Shown here one piece after another: positions 50,486 through 59,159 of a stretch of 64,000 nucleotides of DNA. Location of the stretch: assembly GCA_947501265.1 (NCBI GenBank), contig CANMVY010000003.1:204676-268675 (forward strand), in the 5' to 3' direction. This DNA is from Bacteroidota bacterium. Lineage in GTDB: Bacteria; Bacteroidota; Bacteroidia; UBA7662; CANHCV01. Position 1 is the stretch's first letter, and every line of letters begins with the position of its first letter. The notes under the pieces were generated by a model. It was not told the DNA's origin. It did not search any database and worked only from the letters and a program-made list of their open reading frames with translations. A program made the translations under genes and the position numbers.

Positions 50486-51749
50486 TTTTTTTGTCGTTAG
50501 CTTTTGCGATGCAAAGTTGCAATTTTTCGTATTGGTAACAATCGCCTTCATTTGGAATGATTTTGGCAATTTCCAAAATTAACCCTCCTAAAGTTTCTAC
50601 CTCACCTTCAAACGGTGCAAAGTAATCTTCGCGCAAATGAAAATATTTGATGAGGTCACCAAGGCTAGCCGAGGCATTCACCTCCCACTGATGATCAGAA
50701 ATTTCTTTGATCCACGATTCAACCACATCATGCTCGTCGTTGATTTCCCCGAAGATTTCTTCCAAAACATCTTCCATGGTCACCAATCCTTCCACTTCTC
50801 CGTATTCATTTAAGACCACGGCCATGTGGTTGCGCTGAAGCTGCATATCACGAAAAAGATCGTCGATTTTCTTGGTTTCGGGTACCATGAAAACCGGACG
50901 TACCAAGGATTTCCATGACTGATTGGGTTTGAAGTATAAATCTTTTACATGAAGAACACCCGTAAATTCTTCGTAATCGTCTTTGCGAATGGGTACGCGA
51001 GAGAATTTCTGCTCGGCAACGAATGCGTGAACTTCTTCTAGGGTAGCGCTTTCTTTGAGGTAAACGATTTTGTGATGGGGCTGCATGATTTGCGCTGCAG
51101 TTCTGGTTCCAAAATTCACCACTCCTTTTAGCAGCGCTCTTTCTTCCAAATCGGTTACGTCGTTTTCAAAAGCAATTTCAATGGCTTGATTTAAATCGTG
51201 AACGCTTACCGAGGCCGACCGTTGCTCGCTGGTTTTATCAATAAATCGGGTGGTAGAAGCCAAAAGGCGAGCAGGGTAGTAGTTGATTCGAAGCATCCAG
51301 CCAATCAAAGGATATCCCCAACGAATGGTTTTTATTCGATGGTGGTAGGCATAATGCTTGGGTACAACTTCTGCGAAAACAACAATCAATAGCGTTGCTA
51401 CGGTAGATTGCAACAAAAAGTGCCAGAAATTATTGGGATCGAGCGGTAGTGTTTTGAAGCCAATGTAATACGTTGCAACAACCGATGAAATGTTGAGAAT
51501 ATTGGAAGTGAGCAACAGGGTTCCAATCAAAATTCGGGTTGAAAACGGATCCGAATCCAACAGCTTTTTTAACCGCTCATCAATTTTTTCTGACAAAAGC
51601 GATTGTTTTTCATCGGATTTCAAAGAGAAAATGGCCACTTCCATGGAAGAGGTCACTGCCGAAAGAAGAATAAGTAGAATTAGAACTGCTAGACCGATCA
51701 AAAGAGGGGTAAGCAGAATACCGGGCAGGGCAGGGGAAGGGTCGTCCAA
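50460..51749 (-). CDS. gldE: Gliding motility-associated protein GldE (DUF21-CBS-CorC/HlyC family)
   Basis: N-terminal DUF21 TM domain, paired CBS domains and a C-terminal CorC_HlyC domain. Position upstream of gldD. Confidence 0.8.
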   Translation of the reverse strand: MDDPSPALPGILLTPLLIGLAVLILLILLSAVTSSMEVAIFSLKSDEKQSLLSEKIDERLKKLLDSDPFSTRILIGTLLLTSNILNISSVVATYYIGFKTLPLDPNNFWHFLLQSTVATLLIVVFAEVVPKHYAYHHRIKTIRWGYPLIGWMLRINYYPARLLASTTRFIDKTSEQRSASVSVHDLNQAIEIAFENDVTDLEERALLKGVVNFGTRTAAQIMQPHHKIVYLKESATLEEVHAFVAEQKFSRVPIRKDDYEEFTGVLHVKDLYFKPNQSWKSLVRPVFMVPETKKIDDLFRDMQLQRNHMAVVLNEYGEVEGLVTMEDVLEEIFGEINDEHDVVESWIKEISDHQWEVNASASLGDLIKYFHLREDYFAPFEGEVETLGGLILEIAKIIPNEGDCYQYEKLQLCIAKANDKKIEKVHLSM

Positions 51750-51752
51750 AGC

Positions 51753-52193
51753 TTATGTTAATTCGTCAAAACCAGAGTCGTCGCCGGAGCTCCAACCCAT
51801 TCCACCTTCGTTTAAATTTCCGCCACCCGATCCAGAATTGGGTTCACGGTTTTCTTCACGGCGCTCGGTTGACATGAGAACAATATGCTCAGCAACCACT
51901 TCGTGAATGTATTTTTTAATGCCGTTTTGGTCTTCGAAAGAGCGAGAGGTAAGTTTTCCTTCGATGAAGACTTGTTTTCCTTTTCGAAGGTATTTTTCAG
52001 CTAGGTTAGCCAAACCGCGCCACATCACAATGTTGTGCCATTCGGTTCGCTCTTGGCGTGCACCGTCGGCAGACTTGTATACTTCAGTGGTGGCAAGTGG
52101 AAAAGAAGCTTTTACCGCTCCATTGTCCATGTGGCGAATCTCGGGGTCTTTCCCCAAGTTTCCAATGAGCATTACTTTGTTTAGCGAACCCAT
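51753..52193 (-). CDS. ssb: Single-stranded DNA-binding protein
   Basis: MGSLNKVMLIGNLGKDPEIR OB-fold start. Gly-rich linker. Acidic C-terminal tail DDSGFDEL. Confidence 0.9.
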   Translation of the reverse strand: MGSLNKVMLIGNLGKDPEIRHMDNGAVKASFPLATTEVYKSADGARQERTEWHNIVMWRGLANLAEKYLRKGKQVFIEGKLTSRSFEDQNGIKKYIHEVVAEHIVLMSTERREENREPNSGSGGGNLNEGGMGWSSGDDSGFDELT

Positions 52194-52197
52194 AATA

Positions 52198-53304
52198 TTA
52201 GAAAGTTGCGATCAATGATTCGATGATTTTTGGAACGGGGAGTTCGTGGATTTGTTCAAGTGGAATCCACTTTTCTTCCCTTTCAAGTTGTAAGATAGGA
52301 ACAAAATCCACAAAACAAAAAAATGGTTGAATTTTTCGATGGGATAGCAAATGAAACGACTGTTTTGCAACGGAATGAACGGTACTTACCCTTGAATTTT
52401 TTGATATTTCTTCGAGAATATCCATTTCACTATTCCAATGGGATGGGAATATCATTTCCGGAAAATCGTACATGTTCGCCCAAATCGTATTTTCGGCACG
52501 TTTCTTCATCAATACTTTTCCATCGCTTTTCGAAATGAGGTAAACCAACGTCAAGGGCTTTACCTTCGTTTTTTTCTCTTTGAATGGTAAATTTACCCAA
52601 GCTCCAGAGGGGAAAGAAAAGCATTGGGATTGAAGGGGGCATTGTTCGCATTTGGGTTGTTTTGGGGTACAAATTCCCGAGCCCAAATCCATCATTGCGT
52701 TGTTAAAAACAGAAGGTTGTTGTACCACCCAATCTTTCCAGAGCTCTTGGGTTAATTCCATGGTTTTCTTGGAAGGGAATTCGTTGTTGAGCCCAAAAAA
52801 TCGAGAAGTAACGCGCCAAATGTTTCCATCCGCTGCCACTTCAGGTTTTGAAAAAGCAAAGGCCAAAATAGCCCGGGCGGTGTAGGGCCCAACTCCAGGT
52901 ATTTTGATCAATTCATTGAAATTACTCGGGAAAATTCCCTGATGAATTTCCATCAAATGCTTCGCTGCCTTGTGCAAATTTCGAGCTCGCGAATAATATC
53001 CGAGGCCTTGCCATAGCTTTAGTACCTCCTCTTCGGAAGCATTGGCCAAATCTTGAACGGTTGGAAACGTATCCATAAACCGATGGAAATAGGCAAGTCC
53101 TTGTTCAACACGCGTTTGCTGTAAAATAACTTCAGATAAAAACACAGGGTAGGGTTCAGGTTGTTCCCTCCACGGAAGAGACCTTCCTTCTTGGTGGTAC
53201 CAGTTGAAAAATTGCTCGATCACGGTAAAAAAATTGTTTGCAATGTTATGACCTATTTTTTTAAAAGTTGTTTTCTTTTTGAAGGAAAAAAAGTATCTTT
53301 GCAA
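52198..53304 (-). CDS. mutY: A/G-specific adenine glycosylase
   Basis: HhH-GPD motifs (IPGVGPYTARAIL). Fe-S cluster Cys ligands C..C..C. C-terminal NUDIX-like domain. Start codon uncertain. Confidence 0.8.
   Translation of the reverse strand: MQRYFFSFKKKTTFKKIGHNIANNFFTVIEQFFNWYHQEGRSLPWREQPEPYPVFLSEVILQQTRVEQGLAYFHRFMDTFPTVQDLANASEEEVLKLWQGLGYYSRARNLHKAAKHLMEIHQGIFPSNFNELIKIPGVGPYTARAILAFAFSKPEVAADGNIWRVTSRFFGLNNEFPSKKTMELTQELWKDWVVQQPSVFNNAMMDLGSGICTPKQPKCEQCPLQSQCFSFPSGAWVNLPFKEKKTKVKPLTLVYLISKSDGKVLMKKRAENTIWANMYDFPEMIFPSHWNSEMDILEEISKNSRVSTVHSVAKQSFHLLSHRKIQPFFCFVDFVPILQLEREEKWIPLEQIHELPVPKIIESLIATF
53294..53301 (+). promoter_or_regulatory. Putative -7 box (TATCTTTG) for the HU gene
   Basis: TAnnTTTG match 38 nt upstream of the GTG start. 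Confidence 0.35.
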
Positions 53305-53339
53305 TCCTTTGAAAACCCATCATTTTAAATTTTAATACA

Positions 53340-53639
53340 GTGACTAAAGCAGACGTAATCAATCAGATTGCCGAGAAGACCGGAGTAGAGCGTATCGATG
53401 TTCAACAAGTTGTAGAATCCTTTTTTGAAGTAATCAAGGACAATATGGCTCAGGGAGACAACGTGTATGTGCGTGGATTTGGATCTTTTGTGGTGAAAAA
53501 ACGTGCACAAAAAGTGGCTCGCAAAGTCATCAAAAAAGGACAAAAAGGAGAGCCAATGGTAATTCCAGCACACTTTGTACCTACTTTCAAAGCTTCTAAA
53601 ATGTTCATTTCTCAAGTGAAGGGTTCTGTTAAAGCATGA
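53340..53639 (+). CDS. HU family DNA-binding protein
   Basis: GTG start. MTKADVINQIAEKTG...GFGSFVVKKR HU/IHF fold with a short basic insertion. Confidence 0.8.
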   Translation: MTKADVINQIAEKTGVERIDVQQVVESFFEVIKDNMAQGDNVYVRGFGSFVVKKRAQKVARKVIKKGQKGEPMVIPAHFVPTFKASKMFISQVKGSVKA

Positions 53640-54469
53640 ATTTAAGAATTTGGCTTATTGTTGGTGGAGTTGCGGTAGGAGGGGCATTGTACTTTCTACC
53701 TAAAACCCATGTTTCCAACGAAAAGAGTCAAACCAATACCGAACAAGTTGCCAAAGAACTCACATCTGATGAAGTTTATGCTCATCATTTTGGTTCTTTA
53801 GATAGCTTAACGAAACAAAAACTTTCGGACATTGACCAATTGATGGAAAATGCCGAAGGGGCACAACGAGATAGCTTGTTGTTCCAAAAAATAAAAATCT
53901 GGGAGAAGCAAAATGATTTGTTGATGACCGGAATTTTATTCTCACAGCTTGCAAAAAGCGCTAACGATAACGGTCCATACCTGCTCGAGTCGGGAACGCG
54001 CTTCTTAGGAGCCATGGATAATGCGGTTGATTCTGCGGAAAGAAATTTCGCAGCTCAATCAGCCATCCAATCATTGGAATTGGCCACCAAAGCTGATCCC
54101 CAAAATTTGGATTATCAAGCCTCTTTTGCGCAAGCAGTAGCACTAACCGATCCAGCTCCTTTGAAAGGAGTTTCCATGTTAAGGGAGATTTTGAAAAAAG
54201 ATCCCAAACATCAAAAAACATGGTACATTCTCGGTGTGCTCGCCATCCAATCCAACCAATTGGATAAAGCAAATGGTCGATTTTCATTTCTCAATGAAAA
54301 TTATCCGAACTTCCCCGACGCTTGGTACTACCGTGCTCAAGTGTTGTATAGCTTAGGTAAAAACGATAGCACGGTGATTTGTCTTCAAAAATTCAAATCA
54401 CTGATCAACGACCCTGTGCTCAAAAAGGAAGTGCAAAAACAAATTGAAGAAGTAAAAACTAAAAGTTAA
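53636..54469 (+). CDS. Tetratricopeptide repeat protein (N-terminal TM anchor)
   Basis: TM helix WLIVGGVAVGGALYFL followed by TPR-like repeats (WYILGVLAIQSNQLDKA; AWYYRAQVLYSLGKN). Confidence 0.5.
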   Translation: MNLRIWLIVGGVAVGGALYFLPKTHVSNEKSQTNTEQVAKELTSDEVYAHHFGSLDSLTKQKLSDIDQLMENAEGAQRDSLLFQKIKIWEKQNDLLMTGILFSQLAKSANDNGPYLLESGTRFLGAMDNAVDSAERNFAAQSAIQSLELATKADPQNLDYQASFAQAVALTDPAPLKGVSMLREILKKDPKHQKTWYILGVLAIQSNQLDKANGRFSFLNENYPNFPDAWYYRAQVLYSLGKNDSTVICLQKFKSLINDPVLKKEVQKQIEEVKTKS

Positions 54470-54486
54470 ACACTAAATCCAAAACT

Positions 54487-54579
54487 ATGCCCTGCGGAAA
54501 AAAACGTAAGCGTCATAAGATCGCTACTCACAAGCGTAAGAAGCGTCTTAGAAAGAATCGCCACAAGAAGAAGAAATAA
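54487..54579 (+). CDS. Putative 30-aa K/R-rich small ribosomal protein (bS22/AURKAIP1-like). Not in the ORF track.
   Basis: MPCGKKRKRHKIATHKRKKRLRKNRHKKKK. Strong terminator immediately downstream. Resembles the tiny basic bS22 proteins of Actinobacteria and Bacteroidota. Confidence 0.45.
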   Translation: MPCGKKRKRHKIATHKRKKRLRKNRHKKKK

Positions 54580-54597
54580 TTATTTCTAACCCTAGGA

Positions 54598-54631
54598 TAA
54601 GGGCGAATTTCCATTCGCCCTATTTCTGTTT
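54598..54631 (+). terminator. Rho-independent terminator after the small basic ORF, 12 nt upstream of the RNase E/G start
   Basis: AGGGCGAATTTCCATTCGCCCT hairpin followed by TATTTCTGTTT. Confidence 0.6.
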
Positions 54632-56191
54632 ATGGCTATAAAATCACTCTACATACAATCCTCCAACAACTCGATGGAAATTGCTCTTTGTGAAAACAAA
54701 AAGCTGGTCGAGTTTACCCGTGATGCATCCCACAAGGGTTTGCAAGTGGGAGATATATGCTTGGGAAGAGTTAAAAAACTTTCCACCTCCCTAAATGCCT
54801 CATTTGTAGATGTTGGCACCGAAAAAGATGGTTTCTTGCATTACCTCGATCTCGGTCCTCAATACAACTCCTATCGGAAGTTTGTTCAAGACCGATTGCA
54901 AGGCAAACGCAACCACAGTACCCTGAAAAATTTTCAAATCCAAACGCCCATCGATAAAGGTGGTAAAATTTCCGATTTGATGAATAAAGGAGAATTGGTG
55001 ATGGTGCAAGTGGTTAAAGAACCCATCAGTTCGAAAGGCCCACGGCTAACCTCCGAAATTTCCATTCCAGGAAGATTCATGGTTTTAATGCCATTCACCG
55101 ATTCCGTAACGGTATCGAAAAAAATTAAAGAACTTGAAGAACGAAAGCGGATCAAACAAGCCGTTTTAGCCGTAAAACCCAAGAACTACGGGTTTATTCT
55201 TCGTACTGCAGCCGAAAATGCTAGTGTTGACGATATTCAAAAAGAAGTAAATACCCTTTTGGAGAAATGGGAAAAGGCGTTCGCCAATATCCATGTAACC
55301 ATGGCCTCAAAATGCATTCTCAAAGAAGAAGATCGGTCAATTGGTTTGCTTCGCGATCTATTAAGTGACTCATTCGAGGAAATTGTGGTTGATCAAGAAA
55401 CCCTGTTTCAAGATCTGAAAAAATACGTCACCGAAATTTCTCCAGATCTCCAAAACATCATCAAGCATTACCGAAAAAAGGATAAATCATTGTTTGAAGT
55501 TTACGAAATTGATCGTCAAATTCGTAACTCCTTCGGTCGGTCCGTCACCTTTGTTGGTGGCGCATATTTGGTGATTGATCATACCGAAGCCATGCACGTG
55601 ATCGATGTGAATTCAGGAAACCGAATTCGAAAGGAAGAAGATCAAGAAATGAATGTCTTGAACATCAACCTTGATGCTTGCGAAGAAGTTGCTCGTCAGC
55701 TTCGCCTGCGCGATATGGGAGGTTTGATCATGATCGATTTCATTGACATGAAGCGCCCAACCCACCGAAAAATGGTTTTTGATAAAATGGAGGAATTGCT
55801 GAATTTGGACAGAGCAACTTCTTCCGTTTCTCCCATCGGTAAGTTTGGCGTGATGGAGCTAACCCGCGAGAGGGTTCGTCCAGAAACCAACGTTGAAGTA
55901 ACTGAAAGTTGTCCCTCTTGCAATGGGACTGGGACCATTCAATCATCAATGAAATTGATGGATGAATTAGAACTCCACCTTAAGCAAATCTTTTTTGAGC
56001 AGAATGAAAAAATTATTCAACTTCGGGTGAATCCATTTATTCATGCTTACCTCACCAAAGGCCTTATTTCTCAGAGGATGAAATGGTTCTTTAAATACAG
56101 TAAATGGATCAAACTGGATTCTGATTCAACCTTTTCAGTGAATCAATATCAGTTTTTGAATGGCTCAGGAGAATCCATGATCATGGATTAA
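54632..56191 (+). CDS. Ribonuclease E/G family protein
   Basis: N-terminal S1 domain (NIYKGRV-like ICLGRVKKLSTSLNASFVDVG). Catalytic-domain motifs. Zn-link CPSCNGTG. Confidence 0.85.
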   Translation: MAIKSLYIQSSNNSMEIALCENKKLVEFTRDASHKGLQVGDICLGRVKKLSTSLNASFVDVGTEKDGFLHYLDLGPQYNSYRKFVQDRLQGKRNHSTLKNFQIQTPIDKGGKISDLMNKGELVMVQVVKEPISSKGPRLTSEISIPGRFMVLMPFTDSVTVSKKIKELEERKRIKQAVLAVKPKNYGFILRTAAENASVDDIQKEVNTLLEKWEKAFANIHVTMASKCILKEEDRSIGLLRDLLSDSFEEIVVDQETLFQDLKKYVTEISPDLQNIIKHYRKKDKSLFEVYEIDRQIRNSFGRSVTFVGGAYLVIDHTEAMHVIDVNSGNRIRKEEDQEMNVLNINLDACEEVARQLRLRDMGGLIMIDFIDMKRPTHRKMVFDKMEELLNLDRATSSVSPIGKFGVMELTRERVRPETNVEVTESCPSCNGTGTIQSSMKLMDELELHLKQIFFEQNEKIIQLRVNPFIHAYLTKGLISQRMKWFFKYSKWIKLDSDSTFSVNQYQFLNGSGESMIMD

Positions 56192-56982
56192 TGAGCCTGA
56201 AAACTATTTGGTAAATTCCCTTTCAATTTAGAAATAAAAACCGTGTCGTTTTCCGAATGACTGGATAACGGATTTTGATTAAAATCTACCGGATTGTTAC
56301 CGAAAAAATATCGATGTAAATCGTGTTTGATTCGAATTTTGGGGACGTTATTCAAAACGGTTAATGGGTTAATGGGAAGTTCAACTGTGGTTCGGTTGAT
56401 CAAACCGCCTAAATGAAAGGAAAATCCACTTTCTTGTCCGCCCCGAATGATTTTCCCCTCGGTTGCATGAAAAATGTAGCCACCCAACCACCCCCAATGC
56501 AACTGTCCATAAGAGGGATCGAGAGGGTGGTACTTGGGCCATCGTTGCGGATCGCCGTGATTTTCTAAAGAATCCAATCCAACCTGAAAACGAACCGATG
56601 AATAGGTGCCATTTGGAATGTTTTTTAGATAAAAGGAATCAACTCCTAAATTTAGATTGATTAATCCATATTGTTCGGGAAACGAAACCCAGTTCCCCAA
56701 CTGATTCTTTAACTCAAGCTTTGAAACAATGTACTTGATGTTGGTGAATTTAAAAGAAAACCGAAAACTACTGTCCGATTGAAACCGACGATCAAGTCCA
56801 TCGATGGAATCGTTCCAAAAAAAATGAGAAAATTGCATCAGCATTCCATTCGCCTTAGGAGCTTTTACGTGCTCTGGAATTTTTGGCCAAACGGTATTAG
56901 TTACAGGAATGTAAGGTGTATCGTCTTTGCAAGATGTGATTCCAACGCTTATAAAAAAGAGAATGAGCCAACGCATTCTCAA
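56188..56982 (-). CDS. Hypothetical lipoprotein (possibly MbnP-like)
   Basis: Lipobox ISVGITSC. Trp/His-rich. 4-nt overlap with the RNase gene. Family call is tentative. Confidence 0.4.
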   Translation of the reverse strand: MRMRWLILFFISVGITSCKDDTPYIPVTNTVWPKIPEHVKAPKANGMLMQFSHFFWNDSIDGLDRRFQSDSSFRFSFKFTNIKYIVSKLELKNQLGNWVSFPEQYGLINLNLGVDSFYLKNIPNGTYSSVRFQVGLDSLENHGDPQRWPKYHPLDPSYGQLHWGWLGGYIFHATEGKIIRGGQESGFSFHLGGLINRTTVELPINPLTVLNNVPKIRIKHDLHRYFFGNNPVDFNQNPLSSHSENDTVFISKLKGNLPNSFQAH

Positions 56983-57052
56983 AACTACAACTTTTTCTTT
57001 TTGTTTTGATATTTTAAAAACTGTTTATATATTGCATCTTCGATTCGTAAAT

Positions 57053-58483
57053 ATGTTGCTGAAATTCAGGGTATTATTTTCATTATTAACAATGATGTTT
57101 CTTTTTTCTTGTTCTACAAAACAAGAGGAATCGGAAACCCTGCCCCGCAACCTGAGTCAGGTTGTAGAGAATTCGTTGCGAAATACCCACGAATTGTTGG
57201 ATTCTAATCATCAAATCCCATCCAATCAAAGTATTTCATCGCTTTATTCCAACGGGATCAAGGCGTGTCGGGTTGGTTCCATTCGAAATGCACTTCGTTT
57301 GGGAGATTTGTGTTTTGAGTTGGCTCAACAATCTAGGGAGGATAGCGATTTCACGTTGGCGTACCATTTGATGGGTAAAGGAAGTTCTCTTTCAAAGAAT
57401 TACGAGAAAGCCAATGAAAGTTTTACCAAAGCAGTAGAGTTTGCCCAAAAATCCAAATTTGACTTGGTTTTGCCCTACATCTATTCCGATTTGGCTGAAT
57501 TACAAATTCATCTTCAAAAGCCAGGAATTGGCTTGGACCTTCTCAAAAAAGTAGAGGTTTCGCCCGAGTTTCAAAAAAGTTTGCCTTTGAAATTGGCTTA
57601 TTATGAACTTCGCTCAAACGCCTATTCACAGTTAAATCAAATCAAATTAGCGCAAAAAGAGGCTCTTACTCATTTAGAATTGGCCCAAAATAACCAAGAT
57701 TTAAATCGAATTTCCCACGCAAAAAATCAGCTTTGCTCCGTTGAAATTAAGCAAGGTAATTGGATCGAAGCAAATCGTTGGTACAATGAATCGGCTCAAT
57801 TGGTTCAGAATTCAAAAGATTTTAAGGTTAAAGAACAAACTTATTTATTGGGAATTCAACTTGCAAAAGCTCAAAATGATGTTCCCAAGATTTTGGCCAG
57901 CCAAGAAAAGCTGCTTGCCTTGAAAGATCAGTTAATCAATGAAGAAAGAACGGGTCATCAGGAGGCATTTTTCAATTCGCTTCAGTGGGGAGCCGTGGAA
58001 CAAGAACGATCTCAAATGGTTGAACTTACCGAACGCAACCGGTTATTGATGATCATTGGAGGGCTTATTTTGGCGTTCGTGTCTACATCGTTGATTCTAT
58101 CGTATCGACTTAGTCGAAAAATGAAATTGGCTAACCTCAAGCTAACAGCAAAAAACCGTGAAATCCATCGAAAAAACGAGGAAATTGAAAAGAAATCGGA
58201 GGAATTGAATCGCCTTAACCGCGTATTAGAGGCCAAAATTCAAGAACGAACACAAAAACTTATTCATCAAAACAACAAGCTTCGTGAGGTCGCTTACTAC
58301 AATTCTCACCGTGTTCGTGGTCCTCTATCCACCATCATGGGACTGGTGGATTTGTACCAGGGAAAAATGATGGACGACGTTCAATTGCTGATGAACGAAA
58401 TTGATAATCACAGCCGCGAATTGGATCGCAATTTATTTGAAATCAACGAAGTCCTGAAAAAAGAGGATCCGACTTCCAATTAA
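57053..58483 (+). CDS. TPR-repeat membrane protein with a C-terminal histidine-kinase H-box (DHp) but no ATPase domain
   Basis: Lipoprotein-like signal MLLKFRVLFSLLTMMFLFSC. TPR region. TM helix LLMIIGGLILAFVSTSLILSY. Coiled coil. H-box YNSHRVRGPLSTIMGLVDL. Stop 45 aa later. Confidence 0.55.
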   Translation: MLLKFRVLFSLLTMMFLFSCSTKQEESETLPRNLSQVVENSLRNTHELLDSNHQIPSNQSISSLYSNGIKACRVGSIRNALRLGDLCFELAQQSREDSDFTLAYHLMGKGSSLSKNYEKANESFTKAVEFAQKSKFDLVLPYIYSDLAELQIHLQKPGIGLDLLKKVEVSPEFQKSLPLKLAYYELRSNAYSQLNQIKLAQKEALTHLELAQNNQDLNRISHAKNQLCSVEIKQGNWIEANRWYNESAQLVQNSKDFKVKEQTYLLGIQLAKAQNDVPKILASQEKLLALKDQLINEERTGHQEAFFNSLQWGAVEQERSQMVELTERNRLLMIIGGLILAFVSTSLILSYRLSRKMKLANLKLTAKNREIHRKNEEIEKKSEELNRLNRVLEAKIQERTQKLIHQNNKLREVAYYNSHRVRGPLSTIMGLVDLYQGKMMDDVQLLMNEIDNHSRELDRNLFEINEVLKKEDPTSN

Positions 58484-59091
58484 CGGATCGGAGTTCTTAA
58501 CAATTCCTGACCTTCCAAAAATCCAATCAATTCATCTCCCGAGTTTACCGGACCTACGCCGGCTGGAGTACCCGTGAAAATGATGTCGCCCATCTTCAAC
58601 GTAAAATACTGGCTGATGGTATGAATCAAAAAATCAAATTGAAACATCAAATCTTTGGTCCATCCTTCTTGCACTTTTTCTCCATTTTTGGTGAGATAAA
58701 AATGAATGTTTTCTGGATTTTGAAGCGTTTCTTTTGGAATAAATTGCCCAACCACCGCCGATTGATCGAAGCCTTTCGCTAATTCCCAAGGGTGGCCTTT
58801 GCTCTTCAACTCATTTTGCAATTCCCGGGCTGTAAAATCAATTCCCAAGCCTACTTCATCGTAATACTTGTGGGCGAATTCACGATCGATGCATTTCCCA
58901 TTCCGATTGATCTTTAAAATAATCTCCAATTCGTGGTGAATGGGCCCCAAATGATCAGGCAGAATAAAAATCTTTCCATTTTGGAGTAGAGCACTTTCGG
59001 GCTTTAGAAAAATAAGTGGCCGCTCTTCCATTTTGTTGCCTAACTCCTTAACGTGATCGGCGTAATTTCTTCCAATGCAAATGAATTTCAT
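58480..59091 (-). CDS. Fumarylacetoacetate hydrolase family protein
   Basis: MKFICIGRNYADH N-terminus and FAH-fold metal-binding E...E...D pattern. 203 aa. Confidence 0.8.
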   Translation of the reverse strand: MKFICIGRNYADHVKELGNKMEERPLIFLKPESALLQNGKIFILPDHLGPIHHELEIILKINRNGKCIDREFAHKYYDEVGLGIDFTARELQNELKSKGHPWELAKGFDQSAVVGQFIPKETLQNPENIHFYLTKNGEKVQEGWTKDLMFQFDFLIHTISQYFTLKMGDIIFTGTPAGVGPVNSGDELIGFLEGQELLRTPIR

Positions 59092-59159
59092 AACCCGAAA
59101 TTAAATCATTTTTGCTAAGCATTTTCCACCCTGCTAAATTTCGAAGTACCTTTGTAAAC

